Below, piece by piece: positions 63,290-64,000 of a stretch of DNA of 64,000 nucleotides. The notes under the pieces were generated by a model, which did not search any database, was not told where the DNA came from, and worked only from the letters and a program-made list of their open reading frames with translations. The stretch is taken from positions 160,001 through 224,000 of the forward strand of contig CAZNTG010000006.1 of the NCBI GenBank assembly GCA_964575955.1, in the 5' to 3' direction. Origin of the DNA: an uncultured Thermoproteaceae archaeon. GTDB lineage: Archaea > Thermoproteota > Thermoprotei > Thermoproteales > Thermocladiaceae. Made by a program: the position numbers and the translations under genes. Each line of letters begins with the position of its first letter. The first letter of the stretch is position 1.

Positions 63290-64000
63290 CCTATTAATGA
63301 CACTTCAATATGATTTTCCTATTGACAAATCTCCATTTAGCAAGATAGCGTGTAGGTATGGTATTGATGTTGATAATCTCATATCATTAATTAGAAGACT
63401 TAGAGATTCAGGAGTTATTAGAAGAATTGGATCTGTACTAAATTATAGAAGTAGAGACCTCAAAGCAGCATTAGTAGCTCTTAAAGTTCCTGAACCATAT
63501 GTTGAAGATGTTTCAAAATATATAAACGAGCTTGGCGGTGTTTCACATAACTTCTTAAGAGAGCATGAATATAATATATGGTTTGTAATAAAGAGAAAGA
63601 ATATTGAAGATATAGTAAAAATTGTAAAAGAAATATGTTATAAGTATAGTATTAATAAGTATGTAGTTCTAGAATCTACAAAGACATATAGATTAGATGT
63701 TAGATTTGACTTATATAGAGGTATATCTAGAGCGAAAATATTAATACAAAATGAAAATCCTCCAAAACTTGAATCTGTATCAAGACTGCCTATAGAATTA
63801 CTCAGAGAGTTATGTAATATAGAAATCTCTGAAAGACCTTTCGTAAAGCTTTGTGAAAAGTATAATATTGATGAAGAATATCTAATAGAAGAGATTAAGA
63901 GGTTAATAAGTTTAAATGTTTTAAGAGATTTCTATGCAGTCCTAAATCAGGAACGTATTGGATTTAAGATAAATGCAATGATAATACTAGATGTAGATTT
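63276..64000 (+). CDS. Siroheme decarboxylase AhbA/AhbB fusion (Lrp/AsnC-like), runs off the window
   Basis: LQYDFP..PF, GVIRRIG, VSHNFLREHEYNIWF, then a second repeat (ERPF...VLRDF...IGFKINAM). Confidence 0.85.
   Translation, partial: MKLIDLLMTLQYDFPIDKSPFSKIACRYGIDVDNLISLIRRLRDSGVIRRIGSVLNYRSRDLKAALVALKVPEPYVEDVSKYINELGGVSHNFLREHEYNIWFVIKRKNIEDIVKIVKEICYKYSINKYVVLESTKTYRLDVRFDLYRGISRAKILIQNENPPKLESVSRLPIELLRELCNIEISERPFVKLCEKYNIDEEYLIEEIKRLISLNVLRDFYAVLNQERIGFKINAMIILDVD

Overview
AT-rich archaeal chromosome segment, most consistent with a crenarchaeote (Thermoproteota, probably Thermoproteales-like). The clues are a discriminating AspRS, a stand-alone L10/P0 gene, a split tRNA splicing endonuclease, a BHB-intron tRNA-Val with encoded CCA, and C/D box sRNAs. 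About 1-22.4 kb and 37.3-64 kb are dense housekeeping genes: an ABC exporter, galT, a tRNA thiolase, mtnA, aspS, queC/queE, methanofuran-type mfnB/mfnF, rfcS, pncB, thiI, purM, glutamate synthase, tsr3, hypF, nadE, thiolase, pelota, trxB, hemD and ahbAB. Between the divergent rfcS and a metallophosphoesterase gene lies a ~15 kb gene-poor accessory island (~22.4-37.3 kb) with no integrase and many frameshifted genes. Its most striking content is an intact DUF3800 (RNase H-like) gene followed by a GC-rich tandem hairpin repeat with compensatory base changes, a candidate protein-ncRNA system. It also holds three copies of a 110-bp repeat around a regulator/glycine-zipper/membrane-protein cassette, an inverted-repeat-bracketed pseudogene, a Roadblock + V4R-like pair, a DpdA-like fragment, and repeated local AC-to-GT skew switches. 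All family calls come from motif recognition by eye; no searches were run.
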